This document shows, piece after piece, positions 46,070 to 55,870 of a DNA stretch of 64,000 nucleotides. Origin of the DNA: an uncultured Clostridia bacterium (GTDB lineage Bacteria; Bacillota; Clostridia; TANB77; CAG-508); assembly GCA_944386385.1 (NCBI GenBank), contig CALXAV010000003.1, positions 19,376 to 83,375 on the forward strand, read 5' to 3'. A program made the translations under genes and the position numbers. Each line of letters opens with the position of its first letter. The first letter of the stretch is position 1. Under the pieces are notes generated by a model, which saw nothing but the letters and a program-made list of their open reading frames with translations, was not told the DNA's origin and searched no databases.

Positions 46070-47017
46070 ATGTATAAAGAAGCTTTTGATTTTTATGATA
46101 GGACAAGTCTAAAATCTTATAATTTAGACAAAACAATGAGATATCAACTTAATATGCTAGATAGATTAGACGTTTTTACAAGAAAACATTGTGAAAACGT
46201 TGGTGATTTAACATGTAGATTATGCCAGCATTTACACTGTAATAAGGGTTTTACAGAATATTGCACAATTTGTGGATATCTTCATGATATTGGGAAACAA
46301 TTTATTCCACCAGAAGTTTTACAAAAGCCTGGTAAACTTACAGATGAAGAGTATGAAATCATGAAAACTCATACTACTATTGGTTATAAAATGTGTATGG
46401 ACGACTTAAAATTAAGACCATACGCAGCAGGGCCATATTATCACCACGAAGCTTTAGATGGCAGTGGATATCCACAAGGATTAACAAAAAAGGATATTCC
46501 TTATGAAGCTCAAATTATACGTGTTGCTGATGAATATGATGCAATTGTTAGTAAAAGACAATATAAATCACATATTGGTATTTCAGATACTTTAAAAATT
46601 TTGATTGAAAACACAAAACCACATCAACAAATAAATAAGTCAGATGCATTATCTGTTGTTGCTGAAAATAGTAAGCTTGGTAAAAATAATGCTGCCATTG
46701 TACGTGTATTATTCAAAGTTGTTATTGAAGATATTGAATATGAAATTTTCCTTACACAAAGCTATGTTGAAGAATTAAAAGAAGAACTTAAAAGATTAAA
46801 ACAAGTAGAAAAATATAAAATTGCTATGGATAAAGCTAAAAAGGAAAAAGATAAGAACTATTATTTAGAGGGAATGAAAGTATTACTAAAAAATGATGAG
46901 ACTCCAGAGAATTTTCAATCTGCTTATGAAGAATATAAAAAAGCTTATGAAACAAGAAAAGCTATTATTGATAATTTATATCATGAAATTAAAATAATTA
47001 AAAAATTAAAAGTATAA
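46070..47017 (+). CDS. HD-GYP domain protein (putative c-di-GMP phosphodiesterase) with a C-terminal coiled coil
   Basis: YLHDIGKQFIP (HD) and YHHEALDGSGYPQGL (GYP) motifs. Confidence 0.85.
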   Translation: MYKEAFDFYDRTSLKSYNLDKTMRYQLNMLDRLDVFTRKHCENVGDLTCRLCQHLHCNKGFTEYCTICGYLHDIGKQFIPPEVLQKPGKLTDEEYEIMKTHTTIGYKMCMDDLKLRPYAAGPYYHHEALDGSGYPQGLTKKDIPYEAQIIRVADEYDAIVSKRQYKSHIGISDTLKILIENTKPHQQINKSDALSVVAENSKLGKNNAAIVRVLFKVVIEDIEYEIFLTQSYVEELKEELKRLKQVEKYKIAMDKAKKEKDKNYYLEGMKVLLKNDETPENFQSAYEEYKKAYETRKAIIDNLYHEIKIIKKLKV

Positions 47018-47045
47018 AAGGAGCGAAATATATTCACTCCTTTTT

Positions 47046-47396
47046 TTATTCATCTAGTCCAAAACTTACACCTAATGCATTATTTACTTTATCAATTATC
47101 TTTTCATCATCAATATGACCTATTCTTTCTTTAAGCCTACTTTTATCAATTGTTCTTATTTGTTCTGCTAAAACCACCGAATTACTTTTTAATCCACATG
47201 AATTAGAATCAATTTCTATATGTGTTGGTAATTTTGTTTTTCCTGTTTGAGACGTTATTGCCGCTGCAATGACTGTTGGACTATATTTGTTTCCTAGGTC
47301 ATTTTGAATGATTAATACAGGTCTAACTCCTCCTTGTTCTGAACCAACTACTGGACTTAAATCTGCATAAAACATATCGCCTCTTCTTATTTGCAT
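47046..47396 (-). CDS. mazF: MazF/EndoA (PemK-family) endoribonuclease toxin
   Basis: [33 protein letters not shown]...AAAITSQ. AGGAG lies 8 nt before ATG 47396. Confidence 0.9.
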   Translation of the reverse strand: MQIRRGDMFYADLSPVVGSEQGGVRPVLIIQNDLGNKYSPTVIAAAITSQTGKTKLPTHIEIDSNSCGLKSNSVVLAEQIRTIDKSRLKERIGHIDDEKIIDKVNNALGVSFGLDE

Positions 47397-47457
47397 ATTC
47401 TTCACTCCTAATATTACTAAATTATCAAGTATGGTTTATTTAGAAGCAAGAAATAGT

Positions 47458-48066
47458 CTATTTGCTATTTACATCTACCTCTTTATATAATATGTAAACA
47501 GCAGTTTTTTTGTTAGTATCCTTGATTTCTAATTTAGTTGGTTCCCCTGTTTTTCTATTTATGTACAAGTTTTTTTCTATTTTTGAATTATTTATACTTG
47601 AAGTTTGCATTATTATTTCTTCTTGGTTTTCTTTATACTTTGAATTATTATTGTCCTTATAATCGCTAATAAAACTATTTAAATCTAGATGATTTTCTGA
47701 TAAATATTCATAGTTTTCAAAAACAGATAACAAATTTAAATTTGTATTTTCTATTTTTAGTTCTCCATTTGTTTTAGTTATTTTTACTCCTTTTATATTA
47801 CTTGGTTCTAGTACTTCTTGTGAATTTTGATTTTCTCCATTATATTGTTGTTTTATTACATACTTATTTTCATTTTTATTACTTTTTACTTCGACTTCTA
47901 TTACTGCTTCATAAGATTTCATATTTAAAATATTGTCCACCATTTCTTGACTACTTTTATTATTTCCAATTTTTAAATTTTTAACCATGTAAAAACAACA
48001 AAATAATAAAATAAATAAAATTATTAAAATAACAATAAAGTATTTTTTCTTTTTTTCAATTTTCAA
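47458..48066 (-). CDS. Membrane-anchored hypothetical protein (possibly LolA-fold/YdcC-type)
   Basis: N-terminal TM helix followed by a beta-rich Asn/Lys-rich domain. The YdcC-type call rests on weak similarity plus its position upstream of mazF. Confidence 0.4.
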   Translation of the reverse strand: MKIEKKKKYFIVILIILFILLFCCFYMVKNLKIGNNKSSQEMVDNILNMKSYEAVIEVEVKSNKNENKYVIKQQYNGENQNSQEVLEPSNIKGVKITKTNGELKIENTNLNLLSVFENYEYLSENHLDLNSFISDYKDNNNSKYKENQEEIIMQTSSINNSKIEKNLYINRKTGEPTKLEIKDTNKKTAVYILYKEVDVNSK

Positions 48067-48124
48067 AAAAACTCCCCCTAAATTAAAAAATGTAATGGAT
48101 AGTTTAATCCACTACATTTTTATT

Positions 48125-49099
48125 CTATAAGGTTTCAAAATATTCTTCTATAGCTTTTATTAGCTCTTCCTTACTTTCTATTTTATTCATTTTATATCTA
48201 AATTCACTAGAGTTTTTTAAATTTTTAGTATACCAAGAAATATGTTTTCTAAGTTCTTTTACAGCTACGTCTTCTCCTTTTTCCTTAACTGCTAATTCTA
48301 TATGTTTTTTAATAACAGCTAATTTTTCTTCATTTGTTGGTGGTGGTAATTTTTCTCCTGTTTCTAGATAATGTTTTATATTTCTAAAAATCCAAGGATT
48401 TCCAAAGCTTCCTCTTCCTATCATTATTCCATCTACACCTGTAGTTTCAAACATTTTATATGCTGATTCTTCGTCTACAACATCACCATTTCCTATAACT
48501 GGTATACTTACACTTTCTTTTACTTTTTTTATTATTTCCCAGTCTGCTTTTCCTGTATAATATTCACTTCTTGTTCTTCCATGTACTGTAATTGCTGAAA
48601 TTCCTACTTCTTCTGCAATCTTTGCAACTTCCACTGCAACTATGTGGTCTTTGTCCCAACCTTTTCTAATTTTTACAGTTACAGGTACAGAAGATGCTCT
48701 TACCACTGTTTCCATTATACTTTTAGCTTTATCTAAATCTAGTAATAATCTACTTCCATCTCCATTTTTTACAACTTTAGGTGCTGGACACCCCATATTT
48801 ATATCTATTATGTCTGCAAATTCACTTACATACTTTGCTGCATATTCCATACTTTCTTCATCACTACCAAATATTTGAAAGCTTATTGGTCTTTTTTCTC
48901 CTTCTGTATTAAACAATCTTTTTGTTTTTTGGTCGTTGTGAAACATTGCCCTTGAACTTGCCATTTCAGTACAAACCATTCCTGGGCCAAATTCTTTACA
49001 AATAACACGAAAAGGCAGGTTCGTAACACCTGCCATAGGAGCTAGTATTAAATTATTCTCTAATTCTACATTTCCTATTTTTAGTTGATGTATATACAT
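48125..49099 (-). CDS. dusB: tRNA-dihydrouridine synthase
   Basis: LAPMAGVTNLPFR, DINMGCPAPKV, and VTVKIRKGWD. Confidence 0.9.
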   Translation of the reverse strand: MYIHQLKIGNVELENNLILAPMAGVTNLPFRVICKEFGPGMVCTEMASSRAMFHNDQKTKRLFNTEGEKRPISFQIFGSDEESMEYAAKYVSEFADIIDINMGCPAPKVVKNGDGSRLLLDLDKAKSIMETVVRASSVPVTVKIRKGWDKDHIVAVEVAKIAEEVGISAITVHGRTRSEYYTGKADWEIIKKVKESVSIPVIGNGDVVDEESAYKMFETTGVDGIMIGRGSFGNPWIFRNIKHYLETGEKLPPPTNEEKLAVIKKHIELAVKEKGEDVAVKELRKHISWYTKNLKNSSEFRYKMNKIESKEELIKAIEEYFETL

Positions 49100-49186
49100 C
49101 TTTTTCTCCTTTTTAAAAACTATATTTAACAGTATGTGTCCCCAATGCGAAATTTTATGCGCAAAGGAAACGTCCCTAACGCGAAA

Positions 49187-50293
49187 TTATTTTACAAATA
49201 TAGTTTTTTGTCTTTTACTACTTATATTTAGTAATATACCTATTAGTATAAAGTTTGTTATTAACGAACTTCCACCATAACTTATAAATGGAAGTGGTAC
49301 TCCTGTTATTGGTAATAACCCCATAACCATTCCTATATTTTCCACTACATGGAATAAAAATATTCCAGTAATACCAGTTGCAATTAGTGAACCAGTCTCG
49401 TCTTTAGCAGTTTTTGCTACATATAAGCCTTTGGTTATCAGTAATACATACAGTATGACAACTGCTGCTGCTACTATAAATCCCATTTCTTCTCCAATAA
49501 CAGCGAAAATGAAGTCTGTTGATTTTGGATATAAGTAACCTAACTGAGTTTGGTTACCTTTTAATAATCCCATTCCTGTTAATCCACCTGCTCCAATTGC
49601 TATTTTTGATTGGATAATATTATATCCTGCTCCTCTTGGATCTGATTCTGGATTTAAGAATATATCAATTCTTGCTTTTGCATGTTCCGGTAATATGAAA
49701 TTATATATAAGTGGTACTGATACGACTATTAATATTATTGCTGCTATTATATATTTTTTGTCTAATCCCGCTGCTATTATCATTAAAGCTGCTGCTACAA
49801 TAAATGCTGCTGCTGTTCCAAAGTCTGGTTGTTTTATTATTAGCAATACTGGCACACCTAATATAGCAAGTAATATTAGCAATCTTGTTGGCCTATTTAT
49901 TTCTTGTTTTCCTCTTTCTTGTATTCTAGTTATTGCTAGAGCTAAGAATAGGATTACAAATATCTTTGCAAACTCTCCTGGTTGAAATGAGAAAAATCCT
50001 ATATCAAACCAACTTGTTGCTCCATTTATTTCTGGTGTAAACAGTACTCCTATTAATAAAACAATAAACAGTCCATATAATACTGGTGACATTTTTACTA
50101 AAGTTTCATAGTCAATTATCATTACACCAATCATTATTATTATACTTACAACAAACCATATACATTGTTTATTAAAATCGTCATGTTCTGTCTCATTAGT
50201 TGCTGAAAATAGTGCAACCAATCCAATGACACAAAGGATAATTGCAACTATTAATATCGTCCACTCTACATTCTTTAATTCTCTCTTCCTCAT
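49187..50293 (-). CDS. rodA: RodA (SEDS-family peptidoglycan glycosyltransferase)
   Basis: FQPGEFAK, KSTDFIFAVIGEEMG and PLPFISYGGSS. It lies downstream of minDE. Confidence 0.85.
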   Translation of the reverse strand: MRKRELKNVEWTILIVAIILCVIGLVALFSATNETEHDDFNKQCIWFVVSIIIMIGVMIIDYETLVKMSPVLYGLFIVLLIGVLFTPEINGATSWFDIGFFSFQPGEFAKIFVILFLALAITRIQERGKQEINRPTRLLILLAILGVPVLLIIKQPDFGTAAAFIVAAALMIIAAGLDKKYIIAAIILIVVSVPLIYNFILPEHAKARIDIFLNPESDPRGAGYNIIQSKIAIGAGGLTGMGLLKGNQTQLGYLYPKSTDFIFAVIGEEMGFIVAAAVVILYVLLITKGLYVAKTAKDETGSLIATGITGIFLFHVVENIGMVMGLLPITGVPLPFISYGGSSLITNFILIGILLNISSKRQKTIFVK

Positions 50294-50309
50294 TAAACCA
50301 CTCTTTTTC

Positions 50310-50843
50310 CTAATTATTTTCTGATTTAATTTCTTCTTTTGATTTTGTTTCTTCTTGCTCTTCTTTTACCTCTTCTTGTTTTTCTGCTTTTGCTTCTTCT
50401 ATTATTATTTCTGCTTGTTCTACTTTTTCTTCTGCCTCTTCTTCTTTCTTTTCTTCTATTTCTTTTTCTTCTTTTTTATTTATTTCTTCTTTTGTTTCTA
50501 CAGTTTCTTCTTTATTTTGTTCTTTTATATTTACTTTTCTTGCTTCATTCTTTATGTTTAAGATTGGTATATTTGCATATAAGGCTGGTGCTCCATTTGT
50601 ACCATCACTATTTTCTTTATTTGTTAGTCTTACATCTATTGCACTCTCATCTACATCTATATATTTTTTAATTACCTCTATAATTTCTTGCTTCATTAAT
50701 TCTAAGAAATCTGCTGAAACGTTTGCTCTATCTTGCATTAAGACTAAATGTAATCTTTCCTTTGCTGTATCTCTTGAGTTATTATCATTCTTATTTTCTT
50801 TCTTTTTCCAGTTCTTAAAAAATTTTGTTATGCTTTCAAACAT
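50310..50843 (-). CDS. minE: Cell division topological specificity factor MinE with a ~75-aa Glu/Lys-rich C-terminal extension
   Basis: The MinE core is TAKERLHLVLMQDRANVS...IIEVIKKYIDVD...ALYANIPI. The tail is KEEEAEEKVEQAEIIIEEAKAEKQEEVKEEQEE... Confidence 0.8.
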   Translation of the reverse strand: MFESITKFFKNWKKKENKNDNNSRDTAKERLHLVLMQDRANVSADFLELMKQEIIEVIKKYIDVDESAIDVRLTNKENSDGTNGAPALYANIPILNIKNEARKVNIKEQNKEETVETKEEINKKEEKEIEEKKEEEAEEKVEQAEIIIEEAKAEKQEEVKEEQEETKSKEEIKSENN

Positions 50844-50865
50844 ACTTTCTACTTACCCCCAACGT

Positions 50866-51660
50866 TTATTGTTTTTTGAATAGTCTTTTTAGTTTCGCAA
50901 AAAATCCTTTTTCTCTTCCTGGAATAGTTACTTCTATTTTTTCTCCTAATACTCTTTTTGCAATTTCAATATATGCTTTTCCTGATGGTGCTTTTTTATT
51001 TTGTATTACTGGTTCTCCTTTATTTGTTTGTGTAATTATATATTCATCATCTGGAACAACACCAATTAAATCTATTGATAGAAGGTCAACAATGTCATCA
51101 ACGTCCATCATTTCACCTTTTTTTACCATATTAGGTCTTATTCTGTTTATTACCAATTGTGGATTTTTTATCTCTGATGATTCTAAAAGTCCTATAATTC
51201 TATCAGCGTCTCTTATTGCTGATATTTCTGCTGTTGTCACAACAATTGCACGGTCTGCACCTGCAATAGCATTTTTAAATCCTTGTTCGATTCCTGCTGG
51301 GCAATCGATTAATATGTAGTCAAACTCTTCTTTTAGTTTGCCTACTAAATCTCTCATTTGTTCTTCATTTACTGCGCTTTTATCTCTTGTTTGGGCTGCT
51401 GGTAGTAGGTATAATTCTTTAAATCTTTTATCTTTGATTAGAGCTTGTCTTAATTTACATTTTTCTTCTACAACATCTACTATGTCATATACTATTCTGT
51501 TTTCTAGTCCCATTACTACATCTAGATTACGTAGTCCTATATCTGTGTCTACTAATGCTACTTTTTTTCCTTCTAGTGCTAAGCTCGAACCTAAATTTGC
51601 TGTTGTTGTTGTTTTTCCTACTCCGCCCTTACCTGATGTTATTACTATTACTTCTCCCAT
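50866..51660 (-). CDS. minD: Septum site-determining ATPase MinD
   Basis: Deviant Walker A SGKGGVGKTTTTANL, and a C-terminal amphipathic helix GFFAKLKRLFKK. Confidence 0.93.
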   Translation of the reverse strand: MGEVIVITSGKGGVGKTTTTANLGSSLALEGKKVALVDTDIGLRNLDVVMGLENRIVYDIVDVVEEKCKLRQALIKDKRFKELYLLPAAQTRDKSAVNEEQMRDLVGKLKEEFDYILIDCPAGIEQGFKNAIAGADRAIVVTTAEISAIRDADRIIGLLESSEIKNPQLVINRIRPNMVKKGEMMDVDDIVDLLSIDLIGVVPDDEYIITQTNKGEPVIQNKKAPSGKAYIEIAKRVLGEKIEVTIPGREKGFFAKLKRLFKKQ

Positions 51661-51704
51661 AATTTTCCTCCTTAGGATTTTAAAAACACATTTTTAATAG
51701 TTAT

Positions 51705-51733
51705 ATGATATAACGAAACTGCCAAAAAGTCAA
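51705..51733 (-). promoter_or_regulatory. Putative minD promoter
   Basis: On the minus strand, TTGACT(51733-51728)-17 nt-TATCAT(51710-51705). Confidence 0.4.
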
Positions 51734-51838
51734 TGAAATTCACGTAAAAATAACAAAAATATTTCCAAAATGTTACAAAATTATTACATAGAAACAAAAA
51801 GGCATAAAAATATAGGGAAACTCAATGTTCCCCAATTT

Positions 51839-54217
51839 TTATTTTAAATATAAAGTCATACGACTTCCATCGTCTCCAAAATTATAAGTAGTTTCAAACC
51901 CATTTCTATGAATTGGTGATGTTGCTATTCCACCTACTATAACTTGGTCTTCTTCTCTTCTGGTATATGCACTTCCTCTTGCTACTCTATATTTCATTTC
52001 ATTAGCTTCTATCGTCCATTCAAATATATTACTTTCTAAATCATATATATTATTAATTCTATCATTGCAATTAACCCCTGTCTTTTCTCTATAGTCCAAC
52101 GCTTCATGTTTACCATTATTGCTCTCTGTTAATTTCTTAGTATCGTTTCCTTTTTTTGCCCAATTTATCATTGCATCATATTGGCTTCCCCAAATCATAC
52201 CTGAACCTATATTAGAATTCTTAATTTCATCTAAGTCTGCATATTCTTTTTGAATTTTATACAAACCGTACCACATATTAGTTGCTGTATTTGATGCACT
52301 TGCTGGCTTTACTCCCTTTTTAGATTGTACTATTCCACCTGTTCCTTGTGATTCTTCTGTTGCTGTACTTAAACTGCTTTCATATCTTCCTATGTAGAAC
52401 CCTTTATATTTAGCAACACTTGTTGCCATATCTTTATATTCTTGTTTCAATCCATTTTCCATATCACTTAACGAACTAAATCCTGCATTTGAATAATATT
52501 GTGCATCATACTCTGAACCATTACCTGTCACTACTGCTGGTTCTCTTAGTCCGCTATCAGCTTCATATGTTGTATTTACTGTTCCAAAATTTTCTCCTGC
52601 TTCTGTTGCATATAGCTTTCCAACTATTTCTGTAGAATTATGTGTTTCACATTTTAATGTTCCATCATCTTGTAATTGTAAATTACAATCTCCTCCCGCC
52701 GTTGAACATTGTGACATTGTATTTATATCATCTACTGGTACCCATACGAATTCACTTCCGTCTGGTGCTTTTACTACTAAGCCATTATCTACTGTTTTTT
52801 CATTTGGTTTTCTACTTACTGAAAATCCTTGTGGTATTGTTGCTGTATCACCATTTTTATCCGTATATGTTGATTGCTCATCATATGCTGGTGTCCAATT
52901 ATCACGTGGTATTACATAAAGAACAAAGTGAAAAGAAACGTGATTATAACCAATCCCCTCGCTGTATCCACGATAAGATGCCGAATCGGAATTGCTAAAA
53001 TATCCTCCTCTTATGCTAAATGGACTACTTTCATGAGTACTATTTCTTTCTGCTGCATATTCTCTACAATTTCCTTCTAAATCATAAATATTACACACTT
53101 TATCCACATAATTTTGCCCTGTTACTTCGTTCACTGTGCCTCCTTTATGTCTACTACTATCATATTCTGTCACATTAAAAACATTTCCATTTCCATCTGC
53201 TTTTCCATTTATAAATTTCATTACCATATCCCATTGTATTCCCGAGATTAATGCACTTTTTACACTATCAGTATTAGCAAAAGATTTTGCTGTTGATTTA
53301 CTAACTTCATAAGTAATATTAGTCCATACAGTCGCTCCTTTTTTACTTACAAGTTTTTCATCTTCATTTCCAGCTTCAAATCTTGAAATAAAAAATCCTC
53401 CTGCATCTACAACTGCTTGTCTTTCTGCTTTTTCATTTTGGTCTGAATTATCTGTAGGTGGTTGTATACCATCTGGTAAATATCCTGTATCTGTATATGC
53501 TGTTTGTGAAATCTCTACATTAGCATATGATGTATTTCTCACATAATCAGATGCATTTTCTACTGGTATCCACACAAATTGGTTACCTTGTTTAGAGTTG
53601 TCCAAATCATCACCTTGTACATCTGAAATAACTAGTCCTGTGTCTTTAGTTCCTCCTACATAATAGAACCCATCTGGAATTTCTACTCCATCATAATAAC
53701 GTAAATCTGCTGCCACTTTATCAGCATCTTCAGCTGAGTAATCAGTGTAATATGTTTCATCACCAGATTGTATTCCTTCTACATAGAAAACATTATGACT
53801 TGTCTCATTTATAATATATATATCTGTTAAGCCATTAACCTCCTGCTGTGTAGAACTTTCAGTTATTTTATCATAATCTTTTCCATAATTTAATGTTACA
53901 TTTTCCATAGCGGCTAAATCTATTACATAGAATTTACCAGAATCGACCGCTTCACTAATTGAATTTATGTTACTTGTATTTGTATACTCAATATTTGTAT
54001 TTGCTGGAATCCTACCATATTGAGCATAATAATTTGAGACCTTATCACGTAAGTTCTCTATATCTGCTTGCATATTACTTAGTTTAGTTGTCCTTAGACT
54101 ATCAGCAGCATTATAAATAACAATATTCGTTAATATTAGAATAACTGCAACTGTAATTACTAAGGAAATCAAACTAACACCTTTACTTCTCTTAATCAAG
54201 TTTTTCATCCTTTGCAT
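51839..54217 (-). CDS. Membrane-anchored protein with a pilin-like N-terminus and two SUMF1/FGE-like (DUF323) domains
   Basis: The N-terminus KRSKGVSLISLVITVAVILIL resembles a prepilin signal but has Ser at the usual Glu5 position. Two FGE-type signatures are present: IYDLEGNCREYAAE...IRGGYF and IYDLESNIFEWTIE...RVARGSAY. Confidence 0.6.
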   Translation of the reverse strand: MQRMKNLIKRSKGVSLISLVITVAVILILTNIVIYNAADSLRTTKLSNMQADIENLRDKVSNYYAQYGRIPANTNIEYTNTSNINSISEAVDSGKFYVIDLAAMENVTLNYGKDYDKITESSTQQEVNGLTDIYIINETSHNVFYVEGIQSGDETYYTDYSAEDADKVAADLRYYDGVEIPDGFYYVGGTKDTGLVISDVQGDDLDNSKQGNQFVWIPVENASDYVRNTSYANVEISQTAYTDTGYLPDGIQPPTDNSDQNEKAERQAVVDAGGFFISRFEAGNEDEKLVSKKGATVWTNITYEVSKSTAKSFANTDSVKSALISGIQWDMVMKFINGKADGNGNVFNVTEYDSSRHKGGTVNEVTGQNYVDKVCNIYDLEGNCREYAAERNSTHESSPFSIRGGYFSNSDSASYRGYSEGIGYNHVSFHFVLYVIPRDNWTPAYDEQSTYTDKNGDTATIPQGFSVSRKPNEKTVDNGLVVKAPDGSEFVWVPVDDINTMSQCSTAGGDCNLQLQDDGTLKCETHNSTEIVGKLYATEAGENFGTVNTTYEADSGLREPAVVTGNGSEYDAQYYSNAGFSSLSDMENGLKQEYKDMATSVAKYKGFYIGRYESSLSTATEESQGTGGIVQSKKGVKPASASNTATNMWYGLYKIQKEYADLDEIKNSNIGSGMIWGSQYDAMINWAKKGNDTKKLTESNNGKHEALDYREKTGVNCNDRINNIYDLESNIFEWTIEANEMKYRVARGSAYTRREEDQVIVGGIATSPIHRNGFETTYNFGDDGSRMTLYLK

Positions 54218-54250
54218 TTCTCCTTTTTTATCTTTAGTATTAGTTTACTA

Positions 54251-54916
54251 TTAATTGGCTTTTATTTCAATAGTTTTTTCTATTAAATTGTAAATTTTAT
54301 TCCTTCTTCTATATACTCTATCCTCTTTTATATGAAGGATCCAAAGGAATATTACAACAAGAAAAATCGCAACATTTTGTATATAGAAAATAGCTATACT
54401 TGCAATAATTGTAACTATAATTAAAGTAATAAAAGAAATATGATTAGTATATATTTCTGCTTTTCTTTTTCCACAAATTATATGTAAAACACTTTCCACA
54501 ATTCTTCCACCATCTAGTGGATAAAATGGTAACAAGTTAAATAATATAAGTAACAAATTTGAGTAAATAATTTTTAATCCTAAGAACATATTCATATTAT
54601 ATTGTAATGTTATTAATATTATGATTAAATTAGTTAATGGTCCAGCTGCTGCAACAACTATCTTTTTTATTTCTAATAAATTTCCTTTAGCAATTTTTCT
54701 ATTATAATCTTTAGTGTTTAATTTAAAAGATATACTTACTCCATATGGTTTTAATTCCATTTTATTAGGTTTCATGCCTAGAAGCAAACCACAAGCTAAA
54801 TGTCCTAATTCATGAACAATAGCAAATGCAAGTATTAAAATATATGTACCTATTTGATTTGTAAAATAAAACAAAAGCAAAAACAAGAAAATTTTTAAGT
54901 CTATTTTAAATCGCAT
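54251..54916 (-). CDS. Site-2 protease family (M50) intramembrane metalloprotease, SpoIVFB-like
   Basis: HELGH zinc motif (AIVHELGHLA) and NLLPFYPLDGGRI. Confidence 0.8.
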   Translation of the reverse strand: MRFKIDLKIFLFLLLFYFTNQIGTYILILAFAIVHELGHLACGLLLGMKPNKMELKPYGVSISFKLNTKDYNRKIAKGNLLEIKKIVVAAAGPLTNLIIILITLQYNMNMFLGLKIIYSNLLLILFNLLPFYPLDGGRIVESVLHIICGKRKAEIYTNHISFITLIIVTIIASIAIFYIQNVAIFLVVIFLWILHIKEDRVYRRRNKIYNLIEKTIEIKAN

Positions 54917-54928
54917 GTTTTCCCTCCT

Positions 54929-55807
54929 TTATAACTCTAAGATACTCTGTGGGTCAACTTTTCTTTCTTGATATCTAATTTCAAAATGTAGATGTGGTCC
55001 TGTTGAATTACCTGTAGAACCTACTTCTGCAATTTCTTGTCCTTGCACTACCATGTCTCCTTGCTTTACATACAAATTATTACAATGTGCATAAATAATA
55101 CTTACTTCTCCTATTTGTATTTTCAGATGTTTTCCATAATCCCCTTCTTCTGATGCAAGCACAACCTCTCCATTAGTTGCTGACTTTATCTTTGTTCCTA
55201 AATTTGCTGCAATATCTGTTCCAGTATGATTTTTAGGCACACTCCCTGTTGCAGTATCTCTTTGACCAAACTTAGAAGAAATAACACCTTCTACTGGTTT
55301 TATAAAAGTCGTTGTATTTTTAATATTCAAAATATCTTGTTCTATCTGAGATAATTCTTGTTGTTGTTCGGGTTCAGATACATCTATTTGTTCTGATGTC
55401 ACATTTTCCTCTATTGCTCCTCCTATTGCATTTTGTTCTATATTATTTTGTTCATTATTATTCTCTTCAGTGTTCTCATTTTCTTGGTTGTTAGAAAATA
55501 AACTTAAAATACTATTTTTGGCATTATTATATAATTCCATAAAATTTGTATCATATGATAAGATTTCATTTACTTTGTTAGTAAAATCCTCTGAAAATAC
55601 ATATTGATTATTTTGAATAACATATACAACTAAATAAAGGATTGTACAAACCAAAATCTGAATAAGCATTTTCTTTAATAACTTTATATCTTTCTTTTCT
55701 TTATCACCTACTTTTATAGTTGCAACTGGTCTGTTATTTCCTTGTCTTCTTTCATATATAGCTTCAGCTCGTCTAATTTTTTCTTCTACTGACAGTGTTC
55801 TTTCCAT
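54929..55807 (-). CDS. Membrane-anchored M23 (LytM) family metallopeptidase, in the SpoIVFA position
   Basis: TM helix plus HTGTDIAA (HxxxD) and GSTGNSTGPHLHFEI (HxH). Confidence 0.85.
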   Translation of the reverse strand: MERTLSVEEKIRRAEAIYERRQGNNRPVATIKVGDKEKKDIKLLKKMLIQILVCTILYLVVYVIQNNQYVFSEDFTNKVNEILSYDTNFMELYNNAKNSILSLFSNNQENENTEENNNEQNNIEQNAIGGAIEENVTSEQIDVSEPEQQQELSQIEQDILNIKNTTTFIKPVEGVISSKFGQRDTATGSVPKNHTGTDIAANLGTKIKSATNGEVVLASEEGDYGKHLKIQIGEVSIIYAHCNNLYVKQGDMVVQGQEIAEVGSTGNSTGPHLHFEIRYQERKVDPQSILEL

Positions 55808-55870
55808 AAAAATACACCTCTTCCTTAGTTTCTTTTAAACTATATGTTAGGAAAAGGTGTTTTATTACCT

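Noticed and set aside
50339-50883. Leu/Phe-rich plus-strand ORFs (110, 68 and 109 aa) opposite minE.
   Set aside because: These are complements of the GAA/AAG-rich minE tail and its coding region. They are low-complexity artefacts.
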